Source: a virus. From it: a stretch of DNA of 64,000 bases. Every line of letters begins with the position of its first letter. The stretch's first letter is position 1. The stretch spans positions 91,283 to 155,282 of IMG/VR virus record IMGVR_UViG_3300037294_000405; one strand, 5' to 3'. Position numbers and translations under genes: made by a program. Below are positions 31,024 to 40,571 of this stretch, in pieces. Under the pieces are notes generated by a model. The model did not search any database, was not told where the DNA came from, and saw only the letters and a list, made by a program, of their open reading frames with translations.

Positions 31024-31024
31024 T

Positions 31025-32407
31025 ATGATATTAGAGGAAAATTTTTTGAAACTACCAAAAATAGTTGACGGATTGACGGTTAAAAAAACCACAATTATAC
31101 AAAAACCTAATATTGACACGTTAACTAAAGAACAATTAGAAATATTTAACGAGATAACTAAAATTTCAACTAATGTGTTTTCACAATCTTTATTGACGGG
31201 TTATTCTGGTACTGGAAAATCTTTTTTGGTGTCTAAGATAATTGAAGAATTGTTATTTATGAAAAAATCGATTAGGATAGCGATAACTGCACCTACAAAT
31301 AAAGCTGTTAGAGTGTTAAAAAATCTATCGATGATTAGTGATGATAATGTTAGGGTTGATTTTATTACGTTACATTCATTATTAGGTCTTAAACGTAATA
31401 TAACGCATGAGGGTAAGGAAGAATATAAACAATTATTTAATGGTGGCAACTTGGATGAATATAGTGTTGTTTTAGTTGATGAGGTTTCTATGTTAGATAA
31501 TGAACTTTACGGGGTCTTAAAATCTCAAGCAGAAATAAATAAAATAATGCTTTTGTTTATTGGAGATAGAGGTCAAATACCACCAGTTAATGGTGGTGAA
31601 TCAATTTTGTTTAATAGTTTGTTAGATAATAATTACAATTTAACTGAAATTATTCGTCAATCTAATGGAAACCCAATAATTAAATTGGCTCAAACTATTA
31701 GACAAAACGAAAAGTTTGAAAAAGAAACTATAATAGATGAAAAGAACAATGGGGTTGCGTATTTGAAAATAAACACTGAACAATTATTGTTAGATACATA
31801 TTTTAATTCTGAACATTTTAGAAAAAACGCTAATTTTGTTAAAGTATTAGCGTGGACCAATAGTGCTGTTAATTATTATAATTCTAAAATCAGAACATTA
31901 ATTTATGGTGAAAATTGCGGTAAATTATGTGTTGGTGAAAAAATGGTTTGTAATAAACCTATCACCAACAGTAAAAACCAAGTAATATTAAATAATAACG
32001 ATGAATTTGAGGTCATATCTTTTGTTATGAAAAAAGAAACTAGAAGTTATGATTTTTCATATTATGAAGTGACTATTAATTGTGATGGGAATATCCTCAA
32101 GATTAAATTATTGGCCGAAAAATCTGAAACCGCTTTTTCTAAACAAGTTAATGTTTTAAAAAAAGCCGCTGAAAACGCCAAAGTTATGGGTAGAAGAAGC
32201 GCTTGGACAAAATACTATAGATTTTTAGAAAGATATGCTGATGTTAAATACAACTACGCTTTAACTGTTCATAAATCACAAGGTAGTACGTTTGATAATG
32301 TTATAGTCATTAATGTAGATATAAATAGGGTTTTAAACCAAATCGAACGAAATAAATTGTTATATACAGCTATAACTAGAGCTAAGAATAGGTTATTTGT
32401 TATTTAA
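31025..32407 (+). CDS. SF1B DNA helicase (Dda/RecD-like)
   Basis: GYSGTGKS, APTNKA, DEVSM, GDRGQIPPV, YALTVHKSQGST, YTAITRA. Confidence 0.92.
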   Translation: MILEENFLKLPKIVDGLTVKKTTIIQKPNIDTLTKEQLEIFNEITKISTNVFSQSLLTGYSGTGKSFLVSKIIEELLFMKKSIRIAITAPTNKAVRVLKNLSMISDDNVRVDFITLHSLLGLKRNITHEGKEEYKQLFNGGNLDEYSVVLVDEVSMLDNELYGVLKSQAEINKIMLLFIGDRGQIPPVNGGESILFNSLLDNNYNLTEIIRQSNGNPIIKLAQTIRQNEKFEKETIIDEKNNGVAYLKINTEQLLLDTYFNSEHFRKNANFVKVLAWTNSAVNYYNSKIRTLIYGENCGKLCVGEKMVCNKPITNSKNQVILNNNDEFEVISFVMKKETRSYDFSYYEVTINCDGNILKIKLLAEKSETAFSKQVNVLKKAAENAKVMGRRSAWTKYYRFLERYADVKYNYALTVHKSQGSTFDNVIVINVDINRVLNQIERNKLLYTAITRAKNRLFVI

Positions 32408-32432
32408 TACATTAAAAAATAAAAAAAAATAT

Positions 32433-33254
32433 ATGGAGAATAAAATAAAAAAATGTGTTCATCTTGCGGATATTCATATTAGGACGTTTAGATTACACGA
32501 TGAATATAAAGATTCTTTTAACACTCTTTTAAAAGAGTTAGGTGAATTGTTGGAAGGATATAAAAGAGAAGAAATTAGAATAGTAATCGCTGGTGACCTT
32601 GTTCACCAAAAAATTGTTATTTCTAACGAACAATTGATGTTAGGTACTTGGTTTTTGAGAGAATTAGAAAAAATAGGGCCAGTTGTTATTATTGCTGGTA
32701 ACCACGATTTATTAGAAAATAATAAAGACCGAATGGATAGTATTAGCCCGATGGTTCAATTTTTACCAGACCAAAACATAAACTATTTTAAAGAATCTAA
32801 ATGTTATTTAGATGGTGATGTTGTATGGTGCGTGTATTCAATTTTTGAAGAAAATACAAGACCAGATATTGAATCAGCTAGATTACAGTTTGGTGATGAT
32901 AAAACATATATTGGTTTATTTCATGCTCCAGTATTAAACGCTAAAACAGATATTGGTTATGAAATTGACCATGGTGCTGGGTTAGAAATATTCGAAGGTT
33001 GTGATATTGTAATGTTAGGTGATATACATAAAAGACAAGTGTTCAACCACAAAGGTATATTAATAGCTTACCCATCATCGTTGATACAACAAAATTTTGG
33101 TGAAAACATAACAAAACATGGGTTTTTATTGTGGGATATTCCAACTAAAACATATACAGAACACGATGTTGAAAATAAGTTTCCTTATTATCAATTTAAA
33201 ATTAAATCGATTGAGGATATTGAAAACGGTACAGAAAAAATAACAAATTTATGA
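32433..33254 (+). CDS. SbcD/Mre11 (gp47-like) metallophosphoesterase nuclease domain
   Basis: ADIH, AGDL, GNHD, H, LGDIH motifs. Confidence 0.9.
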   Translation: MENKIKKCVHLADIHIRTFRLHDEYKDSFNTLLKELGELLEGYKREEIRIVIAGDLVHQKIVISNEQLMLGTWFLRELEKIGPVVIIAGNHDLLENNKDRMDSISPMVQFLPDQNINYFKESKCYLDGDVVWCVYSIFEENTRPDIESARLQFGDDKTYIGLFHAPVLNAKTDIGYEIDHGAGLEIFEGCDIVMLGDIHKRQVFNHKGILIAYPSSLIQQNFGENITKHGFLLWDIPTKTYTEHDVENKFPYYQFKIKSIEDIENGTEKITNL

Positions 33255-33484
33255 TGCTAAAAGAGTTAAAAACGTTCATCAATAGTATACCAGAAAATAT
33301 GGATGAATTTGAGATGGTTAATGGTGAATTTGGTTTGGGTTCTGATGGTAACACGTTTGTAATGACAAACAATTCAATTATGACAATCTATGTAGATGAA
33401 AATAACGGTGAAATTCAATTCCTACATCAAACAGATAAAGATGTAAAAAACATATTACTAGATGGAGATTCCGAAAAAAATTAA
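33251..33484 (+). CDS. Hypothetical protein
   Basis: 77 aa coupled ORF. Confidence 0.6.
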   Translation: MMLKELKTFINSIPENMDEFEMVNGEFGLGSDGNTFVMTNNSIMTIYVDENNGEIQFLHQTDKDVKNILLDGDSEKN

Positions 33485-33911
33485 AGATGAAATTTGGGAT
33501 TATTGTCGTTTGAACAATGTAACCAATATCGATGAGTTTACTATAAAATTAGTTAAGCAAGGTTTTACGGTTGAGAAATTTGGTGCCACACCATCCGTTG
33601 CTGAAAAAATAGTGAAAAAGATAGTAGAAAAGATGGTTGAAGTACCTGTTGAAGTTGAAAAAGTGGTTGAAAAAGTGGTTGAAAAAATTGTTGAGGTAAT
33701 GGTTGAAAAAGAAGTTTATATTACTGATGATTCACAAACAAAAAAAATGGTTGATAAAATTGCTAAATTACAAAAAGAATCAACAACTAATAATAGTGTA
33801 CAAAGCAAATTAAAAGAACAAATATCAAAATTAACTGAACAGTTAAAAACAGTTAATAAAGAATTAGAAAAAGAAAAAAATAAAAGTAAAACTGACATTT
33901 ATGGCGAATAA
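33462..33911 (+). CDS. Hypothetical coiled-coil protein with VEK repeats
   Basis: 149 aa with (I/V)VEK repeats. Confidence 0.65.
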   Translation: MEIPKKIKDEIWDYCRLNNVTNIDEFTIKLVKQGFTVEKFGATPSVAEKIVKKIVEKMVEVPVEVEKVVEKVVEKIVEVMVEKEVYITDDSQTKKMVDKIAKLQKESTTNNSVQSKLKEQISKLTEQLKTVNKELEKEKNKSKTDIYGE

Positions 33912-34494
33912 CACAGATACCGCAGATAACACATTAATATCACCGTACTCCAAGATTAAAGTGTATTGGGATGACCAGCCGCACAACTACAGCAAAGAGG
34001 CTAAAAATAAGATTAGAAACTACATAGCTAACAAGTACGGTGTTCAAAAAAACAATATAACTGTTGTTTATAGACCAGTTAGGTTCAATACCGATGGTGA
34101 TGCCATTGAAATCACTGGTGCTGGTATAGAAAATATCATGGATATTAACTATCAAAGAGCGCTTATGAAAGAGTTAATTACTAGAGATGGTAAGAATATT
34201 GACTTCAACCGTATTGTTGCTTTAGATGACAAGGTAAACGGTGAATTAAATGTTGATTTAACGCAAACAACACATAGGAGCTGGTCAATTAAATGGGTCA
34301 TGATAGATAATTTCTTATCCTTTGGTGAAAGTAATTACGTTCCTTTTAGTAAATTAAAAGGTTTAACTATAGTAAATTCAGTTCCAGCTAATCAAGGTGG
34401 GAAATGTGTTAGGTCTGACACTCAAGTAGTTATATCTTATAATCAAGATGAAATCATTAAAAAACTAGGTTTTTTACCAGATGAATTAAAATAA
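33901..34494 (+). CDS. SbcC/Rad50 (gp46-like) N-terminal fragment ending in a 29-aa split-intein N-fragment
   Basis: IDNFLSFG, GLTIV..PANQGGK (Walker A up to the Lys), then CVRSDTQVVI (intein block A). Confidence 0.88.
   Translation: MANNTDTADNTLISPYSKIKVYWDDQPHNYSKEAKNKIRNYIANKYGVQKNNITVVYRPVRFNTDGDAIEITGAGIENIMDINYQRALMKELITRDGKNIDFNRIVALDDKVNGELNVDLTQTTHRSWSIKWVMIDNFLSFGESNYVPFSKLKGLTIVNSVPANQGGKCVRSDTQVVISYNQDEIIKKLGFLPDELK
34405..34491 (+). other. Atypically short IntN (29 aa)
   Basis: CVRSDTQVVISYNQDEIIKKLGFLPDELK immediately after GGK. Confidence 0.85.
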
Positions 34495-34590
34495 TTTAAC
34501 AAATACTTTACCTTCTTGGTTAATTGGTTATCATGAATTATTAAGGACATTATATGAAATAAGTTTAGAAATTTAAAAATAAAAAAGTAT

Positions 34591-34962
34591 ATGAATAAAG
34601 AAATTACGATAGGTGAATTACATGAAATTTACCAAAAATACGGAGACCTAGATTTTAAAGTTGATACACCATACGGTTTTAAAGATATTGAATGGTGTGG
34701 TATTACGGAAGAAAATGCTGATGTTTATAGATGTGAACTTGAAAATGGTATGTTTGTTGAAGGTGCTGATTATCATCGTTTAAAGAAAACGGATGGTGAG
34801 TTTGTTGTACTTAAAGAAATTAAAGTTGGTGAAATAATCCAAACTAATAATGGTGATAGTGCAGTTGCTAGTATTAAGTTATTAGAAGAAAAAGATACGT
34901 TATATGATATTCAAGTAGCGGAAGTTCACCAATATTATACAAATGGTATTGTATCACACAAT
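34591..34962 (+). other. Long IntC (124 aa)
   Basis: ITIGEL, VDTPYGF, GADYH (block B-like), LYDIQV..HQYYTNGIVSHN|T. Confidence 0.9.
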
Positions 34963-36828
34963 ACAACTTTAACTATTGATGCTATTAAATTTTTGTTACA
35001 TGGTAACACAACAAAAACAGATACAAACGAACAAATCTTTAACACCTACAGTAATAAGAACGAACTAGTTGTAAGGGGTATGATTGAAATCGAGGGTGAA
35101 GAAACTATCATTGAACGTAAAATGAGACGTACAGCTAAAAAAGATGGTGGTTGGACTGTTACAAATAGAGTTAACTACTACAGAATACTTCCAGATGGTG
35201 AAGAAGAAGCGTTAAATGAGGAAGATGCTACTCAAACAACTAAAAGTCTTAAAGAAACTATTGGTAGTGAAAAAGATTTTGAGATGTTAGTGTTGGCAAC
35301 GGAAAAAAACTTAGATGAACTTATTGGTTTGACCACAACTGAATCTGGAAAAGTTCTAACTAGACTTATTGGTTTAGAAATACTAGAACTTAAAGAAAAA
35401 GCGGCTAGAGAAATGTATAATGAATTTGCTAGGAAGAAAAAATCTAATGAATATGATGTTATTACTCTAGGCGAAGAAATAGACGACCATAACGATAAAA
35501 TTATTTTGGGTGAAGAATTAGAGGTTGAGCTAAAACAAAAATTGGAGGATACTAAATCTGAAATTCAAACGCTTACTGATAGTAAAGAGTCATTAATCAA
35601 TAGCAAAGAAAAAATTGATGTTACCATTTCAGAACTTAACCCAGAAAAATTAGAAAGCGAAGTTGCTAAATTAATCGAGAAAGGTGTCGAATTTAAAGAA
35701 AATGTTGCTGGTTTAAAAGTTAAGATAATTGCAATTGGTGAAATTGAATTTGATGAAGATAAACATTTAGAATTATCTAAAGATTTTAATACAAACACTA
35801 CGAACAAAGCGTTAAAAGAAGCTGAGATGACAAGACTTAAAAAAGTTGTGTCTGGTTTGATTTCTGGTGGTATTTGTCAATCGTGTAATAGAAAATTAGA
35901 TGATGTAGACAACTCACTACACATAACTAAACATGAATTGGAAATAGAAAAGTTAAGGAAGGAACTTTTGGGTGTTGATGAAACGTTAAAATCATTATCT
36001 GGTAATTTGACTATTTTAAATGAAAACAAATTGTTAATCGATAATAAAAATAAACTAGAGTTAAATGTTGATAGAATAGAAGTTGAAATGGGGTCATTGA
36101 GAAATGATGTAACCGCAAAGAAAAATGACCTTAAAAAATATCAGCTTAATTTGCATGCTATTGAGTTTAATAAAAAAATAGAGATTAAAGTTATCGACAT
36201 TAAAACAAAATTGGCAGTATGCGAATATTCAAAAGACCAAACAATTGTAAATATACAAAGGGTTCAAACAGATATACAAACTAATAAAACTAGTGTTGTT
36301 ACTAAAACAAAATTAATCGAAACAATAAAAAAAGAAGAAGAAGTTGATAAGATTTTCAAGGTTTATATTGAGTTGGTTGGTAAGAAAGGTATTAGTAAAT
36401 TAGTTTTGCGTTCTGTTTTACCTATTATTAATTCTGAAGCACAAAGATTGTTAGAAGATGTTGTAGATTTTGATATTGAGATATTTATGAATGATAAGAA
36501 TGATGTTCAATTTTTAATGGTTAAAGATGGTGTTTCTAAATTGTTAAAATCTGGTTCTGGTTTAGAAAAAACAGCAGCTAGTTTAGCACTTAGAGCGGTG
36601 TTAGGTAAGTTATCTACTTTACCTATGCCTAACTTTATTACTTTTGACGAAGTATTGGGTAAAGTGGCACCAGAAAATTTAGAAAAATTGAAAAATCTCT
36701 TTGATAAAATAAAAGATATGTATGAAATTGTTTTCTTTATTACACACAATGACTTGGTTAAAGATTGGTCTACAAATAACATTACCGTTATTAAAGAAAA
36801 TAATATCTCTAGTGTTGCTATAAAATAG
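34591..36828 (+). CDS. SbcC/Rad50 ATPase C-terminal part preceded by IntC
   Basis: Extein starts TTL (completing GGK-TT). Coiled coil with CQSC zinc hook, SGLE signature, FDEV Walker B, ITH. Confidence 0.92.
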   Translation: MNKEITIGELHEIYQKYGDLDFKVDTPYGFKDIEWCGITEENADVYRCELENGMFVEGADYHRLKKTDGEFVVLKEIKVGEIIQTNNGDSAVASIKLLEEKDTLYDIQVAEVHQYYTNGIVSHNTTLTIDAIKFLLHGNTTKTDTNEQIFNTYSNKNELVVRGMIEIEGEETIIERKMRRTAKKDGGWTVTNRVNYYRILPDGEEEALNEEDATQTTKSLKETIGSEKDFEMLVLATEKNLDELIGLTTTESGKVLTRLIGLEILELKEKAAREMYNEFARKKKSNEYDVITLGEEIDDHNDKIILGEELEVELKQKLEDTKSEIQTLTDSKESLINSKEKIDVTISELNPEKLESEVAKLIEKGVEFKENVAGLKVKIIAIGEIEFDEDKHLELSKDFNTNTTNKALKEAEMTRLKKVVSGLISGGICQSCNRKLDDVDNSLHITKHELEIEKLRKELLGVDETLKSLSGNLTILNENKLLIDNKNKLELNVDRIEVEMGSLRNDVTAKKNDLKKYQLNLHAIEFNKKIEIKVIDIKTKLAVCEYSKDQTIVNIQRVQTDIQTNKTSVVTKTKLIETIKKEEEVDKIFKVYIELVGKKGISKLVLRSVLPIINSEAQRLLEDVVDFDIEIFMNDKNDVQFLMVKDGVSKLLKSGSGLEKTAASLALRAVLGKLSTLPMPNFITFDEVLGKVAPENLEKLKNLFDKIKDMYEIVFFITHNDLVKDWSTNNITVIKENNISSVAIK

Positions 36829-36875
36829 TTGCAATTGTTAGTTAATTGTAGTATCTTTGTATAAAATAACGATAT

Positions 36876-37406
36876 ATGAAATTTAAGAATTATTGTGTGA
36901 TTATCATGGGTGATACCAATGGTGCGGTTAAGGAAATTGAAAAAATTAGTGATTCTAAACCCAACATATTGGATGCTAAAGGTATAATCATAGGCACGTT
37001 CACTTCTTTTGTCGATGTTAAAGAAATATCGGCTTGGTTTACTTTAAATAACAGAAGTTTTATGGTCTTTGATTTAGACCCAACAAACTCTGGGTATTTA
37101 ATAATCAAAAAAGAAGTTCATGATGGTTTATTCGGCTTTATGGATAAAATAACGAATAATGAACTTGACGCAAAAACGATTGAGTTTTTAAAAACCATGG
37201 CTTATAAACCAAACCCCACCAACGTAGAAGAAATTGAAGATGCTGTAATCGAAAACCAAACAAACAAAGAAAAAGTTGTTAATGAGGTTGATATTGAAAA
37301 TATGACTAAAAAAGAAAGAGAAAATTTGATAAATCAAATTATGGATAATGGTTTAGAAAATATGAGCGAATACGATAAAAAAATATTACCATTATTGGTA
37401 AAATAA
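36876..37406 (+). CDS. Hypothetical protein
   Basis: 176 aa ORF behind a host-type promoter. Confidence 0.65.
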   Translation: MKFKNYCVIIMGDTNGAVKEIEKISDSKPNILDAKGIIIGTFTSFVDVKEISAWFTLNNRSFMVFDLDPTNSGYLIIKKEVHDGLFGFMDKITNNELDAKTIEFLKTMAYKPNPTNVEEIEDAVIENQTNKEKVVNEVDIENMTKKERENLINQIMDNGLENMSEYDKKILPLLVK

Positions 37407-37493
37407 TAAGCAAAAACCCTTGACTTTATTGGGGTTTTTAGTATATTTGTAATGTTAAAACATAACAAAATAAGATTAAAATGAAACAGTTTA

Positions 37494-38324
37494 ATGAACA
37501 AAAGATTTACAAATTTTGAAACAGATGATAGCATCGCAAAATATTTTAAGGAAGTAAGAAAATCGGTGTTATTAACACCAGAAGAGGAAGTTAATTTAGC
37601 AAAAAGAATTAAAGACGGTGACGTTAATGCCACCGAAGAATTAGTAAAAGCAAATTTAAAGTTTGTTGTTTCAATCGCAAAAGAATATCAAAACCAAGGT
37701 TTGGCTTTATCTGATTTGATTAGTGAAGGGAATTACGGTTTAATTAAAGCAGCGAGTAGGTTTGACCATAATAGAGGGTTTAGATTTATATCATACGCTG
37801 TTTGGTGGATTAAACAATCTATTATACAAGGTCTTAACGATAACGCTAGGGTGGTTAGATTACCAGCTAACGTTATTAATAAGATAACAAAATTGAATAA
37901 AGAAATTTCTAGATTTGAAAATGACAATGAAAGACAACCAGTTTTTGGTGAGATTTTAAAAGGTGACAGTCAAATAGCTGCGACTTTAAATTTTCCAAGA
38001 GCAACTTCTCTAAACCAATTAATAAATGAAGATGGTGATGAGTTAATTGAATTGATTCCATCTGAATCAATTGATGTTGATGAATTAGAAATAAGTGAAA
38101 AAATAAAAGATGAATTAACTAAAACTTTAGATGTCTTAGATAACAGAGAACGAATGATAATTGAGTGTTATTTCGGTATAAATACCGAATGTGAGTCAAT
38201 GACTTTAGAAGCAATCGGTGAAAATTACGGGTTGACAAAAGAAAGGATTCGTCAAATAAAAGAGAAGGCTATACGAAAATTAAGACATAACGCACAAGGT
38301 TTACAAATATTAATGAACGAATAA
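37494..38324 (+). CDS. Sigma70-family factor (RpoD/SigA-like, lacking region 1.1)
   Basis: ANLKFVVSIAK, DLISEGN.GL, RFISYAVWWIKQ, RLP, TLEAIG..GLTKERIRQI. Confidence 0.93.
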   Translation: MNKRFTNFETDDSIAKYFKEVRKSVLLTPEEEVNLAKRIKDGDVNATEELVKANLKFVVSIAKEYQNQGLALSDLISEGNYGLIKAASRFDHNRGFRFISYAVWWIKQSIIQGLNDNARVVRLPANVINKITKLNKEISRFENDNERQPVFGEILKGDSQIAATLNFPRATSLNQLINEDGDELIELIPSESIDVDELEISEKIKDELTKTLDVLDNRERMIIECYFGINTECESMTLEAIGENYGLTKERIRQIKEKAIRKLRHNAQGLQILMNE

Positions 38325-38326
38325 AG

Positions 38327-38351
38327 AAAAGGGTTTTGGAACCCTTTTTTT
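38327..38351 (+). terminator. Intrinsic terminator
   Basis: aaaagggtt-ttgg-aaccc followed by T7. Confidence 0.75.
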
Positions 38352-38384
38352 GTAATTGGTATATTTATAATAAAACAAAAAAGC

Positions 38385-38462
38385 ATGAAAATTAAGTTTA
38401 GATATATAATGTTATTTTTAGCGTTATCAGTTGCTGGCTGTGCTGCATACTTTTCGGTTTAA
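38385..38462 (+). pseudogene. Stranded original N-terminus of the membrane protein gene at 39411
   Basis: MKIKFRYIMLFLALSVAGCAAYFSV* versus MNFKYIMLITAIIIAITSAGFSI. Confidence 0.78.
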
Positions 38463-38505
38463 AATAATTTAAGTAATTTTTTGTGGTTGCTATATATTTA
38501 TTAAT

Positions 38506-39414
38506 GTGGGAAAGAAAAAAACTAAAGAAGAATTCATTAATGATTCTAAAATAATTTATGGTGATAAATACGATTATTCATTAGTTGAATATGTAAATAA
38601 TAAAACTAAAATTAAAATAATTTGCCCAATACATGGGGTATTTGAAAAAACACCAGATAAACATTTGTATGGTAAAAGTGGTTGTTTAAAATGTGATAAT
38701 TACCATACAAAAAATATTAATAATCACAAAAGAACAGTTGTTGATAGGATGAATGTTAAACATAATAATTTTTATGATTATTCATTAGTTGAATATGTAA
38801 ATAATAAAACTAAAATTAAAATAATTTGCCCAATACATGGGGTATTTGAACAAACACCAAATAATCATTTACAAGGTAATGGTTGTTTAAAATGTGGTGG
38901 TACTGAAAAGATGTCGACACAAGATTTTATAAATAAAGCTAAATTAGTTCATGGTGATAAATATGATTATTCATTAGTTAATTATGTTAATTATAAAAAT
39001 AAAGTAAAAATAATTTGTTCACTTCACGGAGTATTTAATCAATCATTTATTAAACATTGTAATCGAAAAAATGGTTGTCCTATTTGTAAAGAATCAAAAG
39101 GTGAAAAACAGATAAGGGTTTTTTTAGAAAATAATAAAATTAATTTTACACCACAATATAGATTTAATAATTGTATAAATAAATACCCATTACCATTTGA
39201 TTTTTATTTACCAGATTATAATATGTGTATTGAATTTAATGGTGAACAACACTATAAAAGCTTTAAATTTTTTGGTGGTAGTGAAAAATTTAAACAACAA
39301 TTAATTAATGATAATATTAAATTAAAGTTTTGTGAAAATAACAAAATACAATTGTTAATTATAAAGTATGACGAAAACGTTATTAATAAATTAAAAAAAA
39401 AATATAAAAAATGA
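38506..39414 (+). CDS. Endonuclease with DUF723-like Zn-binding repeats and C-terminal Vsr/PD-(D/E)XK-like domain
   Basis: Three YDYS..Y....K..IIC..HG.F...H..GC.KC repeats; SKGE, FDFY, IEFNGEQH. Confidence 0.82.
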   Translation: MGKKKTKEEFINDSKIIYGDKYDYSLVEYVNNKTKIKIICPIHGVFEKTPDKHLYGKSGCLKCDNYHTKNINNHKRTVVDRMNVKHNNFYDYSLVEYVNNKTKIKIICPIHGVFEQTPNNHLQGNGCLKCGGTEKMSTQDFINKAKLVHGDKYDYSLVNYVNYKNKVKIICSLHGVFNQSFIKHCNRKNGCPICKESKGEKQIRVFLENNKINFTPQYRFNNCINKYPLPFDFYLPDYNMCIEFNGEQHYKSFKFFGGSEKFKQQLINDNIKLKFCENNKIQLLIIKYDENVINKLKKKYKK

Positions 39415-40571
39415 ATTTTAAATATATTATGTTAATTACAGCTATTATAATAGCTATTACTAGTGCTGGGTTTTCAATTTTTGGGCTTAGTCAATTATTT
39501 GCGGGTGCTAGTACTGCTGTTATCGTAATGACATCGATACTAGAATTGGGTAAGATTGTTACCACGACAGCGCTACACACATATTGGGATAAACTAGCCA
39601 AAGGCCTTAGAATATATTTAACTATTAGTGTTGGGGTTCTTATGATAATCACATCTGCTGGTATCTACGGTTTTCTATCAAATGCTTACCAAAAAACAGC
39701 TAATAAATTAGAAATACATGAAGGTGAACTAGGTGTATTAGACGGTAAAAAAATAGTATTTGAAAAAAGCCTAGTCGATAACCAAAAAATTATTGATGGT
39801 AAAACAAAACGTTTAGACCAATTATCGAATCTTAGAACTAACCAAGAGTCACGTTTGGATGGTTCAACGTCAAACAGGGCTAGAAATAGCGTTAGAAGTG
39901 ATATTGCGACTGCTAATTCAGAGATTCAAAAATTAACGCTAGATATTGACGAATTAAACGCTAAAAATTCTGTGTTGTCAGATTCTATTAGTTCGTATAA
40001 CGTTAAAGGCTTAGAAAAAAAGGCAAATAGTGATGTCGCTGGTGAAGTTGGTCCATTGAAGTATATATCTGAGCTTACAGGTGTCCCTATGTCAAACGTA
40101 GTTAACTATATGATATTATTGTTGATATTTGTGTTTGACCCATTGGCTGTTGCTTTAATCCTTATAACAAATAAAGTGTTTATGTTAGAAACTGGTCAAA
40201 CTGTTGAAGAAGAAACAAAAGTTGTTAAAAATGAAAAAGTTATCGGTAAAAAATGGTTAGATTATCTTAAAAATAACTTAAAAAAAACTGAAATTAAAAA
40301 AGACACAACAAAAGACATTTTAGAAACCCTTGTTGAAAACTTACAAGGTGAGGGAGTAAAAGAAGAAATTGAAACAAAAACCATTAAAAAAGAACCAGTT
40401 GTTGCCAAAGGTAAAATAGAATTAGAAGATATCAAAGAAATAAAAGAAGGAAACAGAGGGTTTTCTGTTAAAGTTCCAGAACCAAAAACTACTAATATGG
40501 TGGAAAGAATTGGTTCTAATAAGATAGTTAAAGATGGTGATAACAATAAAGTTATTTTTAGACGTGATTAA
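39411..40571 (+). CDS. Multi-pass membrane protein with coiled coil
   Basis: Three N-terminal TM segments, GFLS motif, coiled coil, EVGPLKY, IFVFDPLAV. Confidence 0.75.
   Translation: MNFKYIMLITAIIIAITSAGFSIFGLSQLFAGASTAVIVMTSILELGKIVTTTALHTYWDKLAKGLRIYLTISVGVLMIITSAGIYGFLSNAYQKTANKLEIHEGELGVLDGKKIVFEKSLVDNQKIIDGKTKRLDQLSNLRTNQESRLDGSTSNRARNSVRSDIATANSEIQKLTLDIDELNAKNSVLSDSISSYNVKGLEKKANSDVAGEVGPLKYISELTGVPMSNVVNYMILLLIFVFDPLAVALILITNKVFMLETGQTVEEETKVVKNEKVIGKKWLDYLKNNLKKTEIKKDTTKDILETLVENLQGEGVKEEIETKTIKKEPVVAKGKIELEDIKEIKEGNRGFSVKVPEPKTTNMVERIGSNKIVKDGDNNKVIFRRD

Noticed and set aside
34495-34590. Sequencing error hiding a contiguous SbcC intein
   Set aside because: The halves are in the same frame but separated by three stops; no single indel or substitution joins them.
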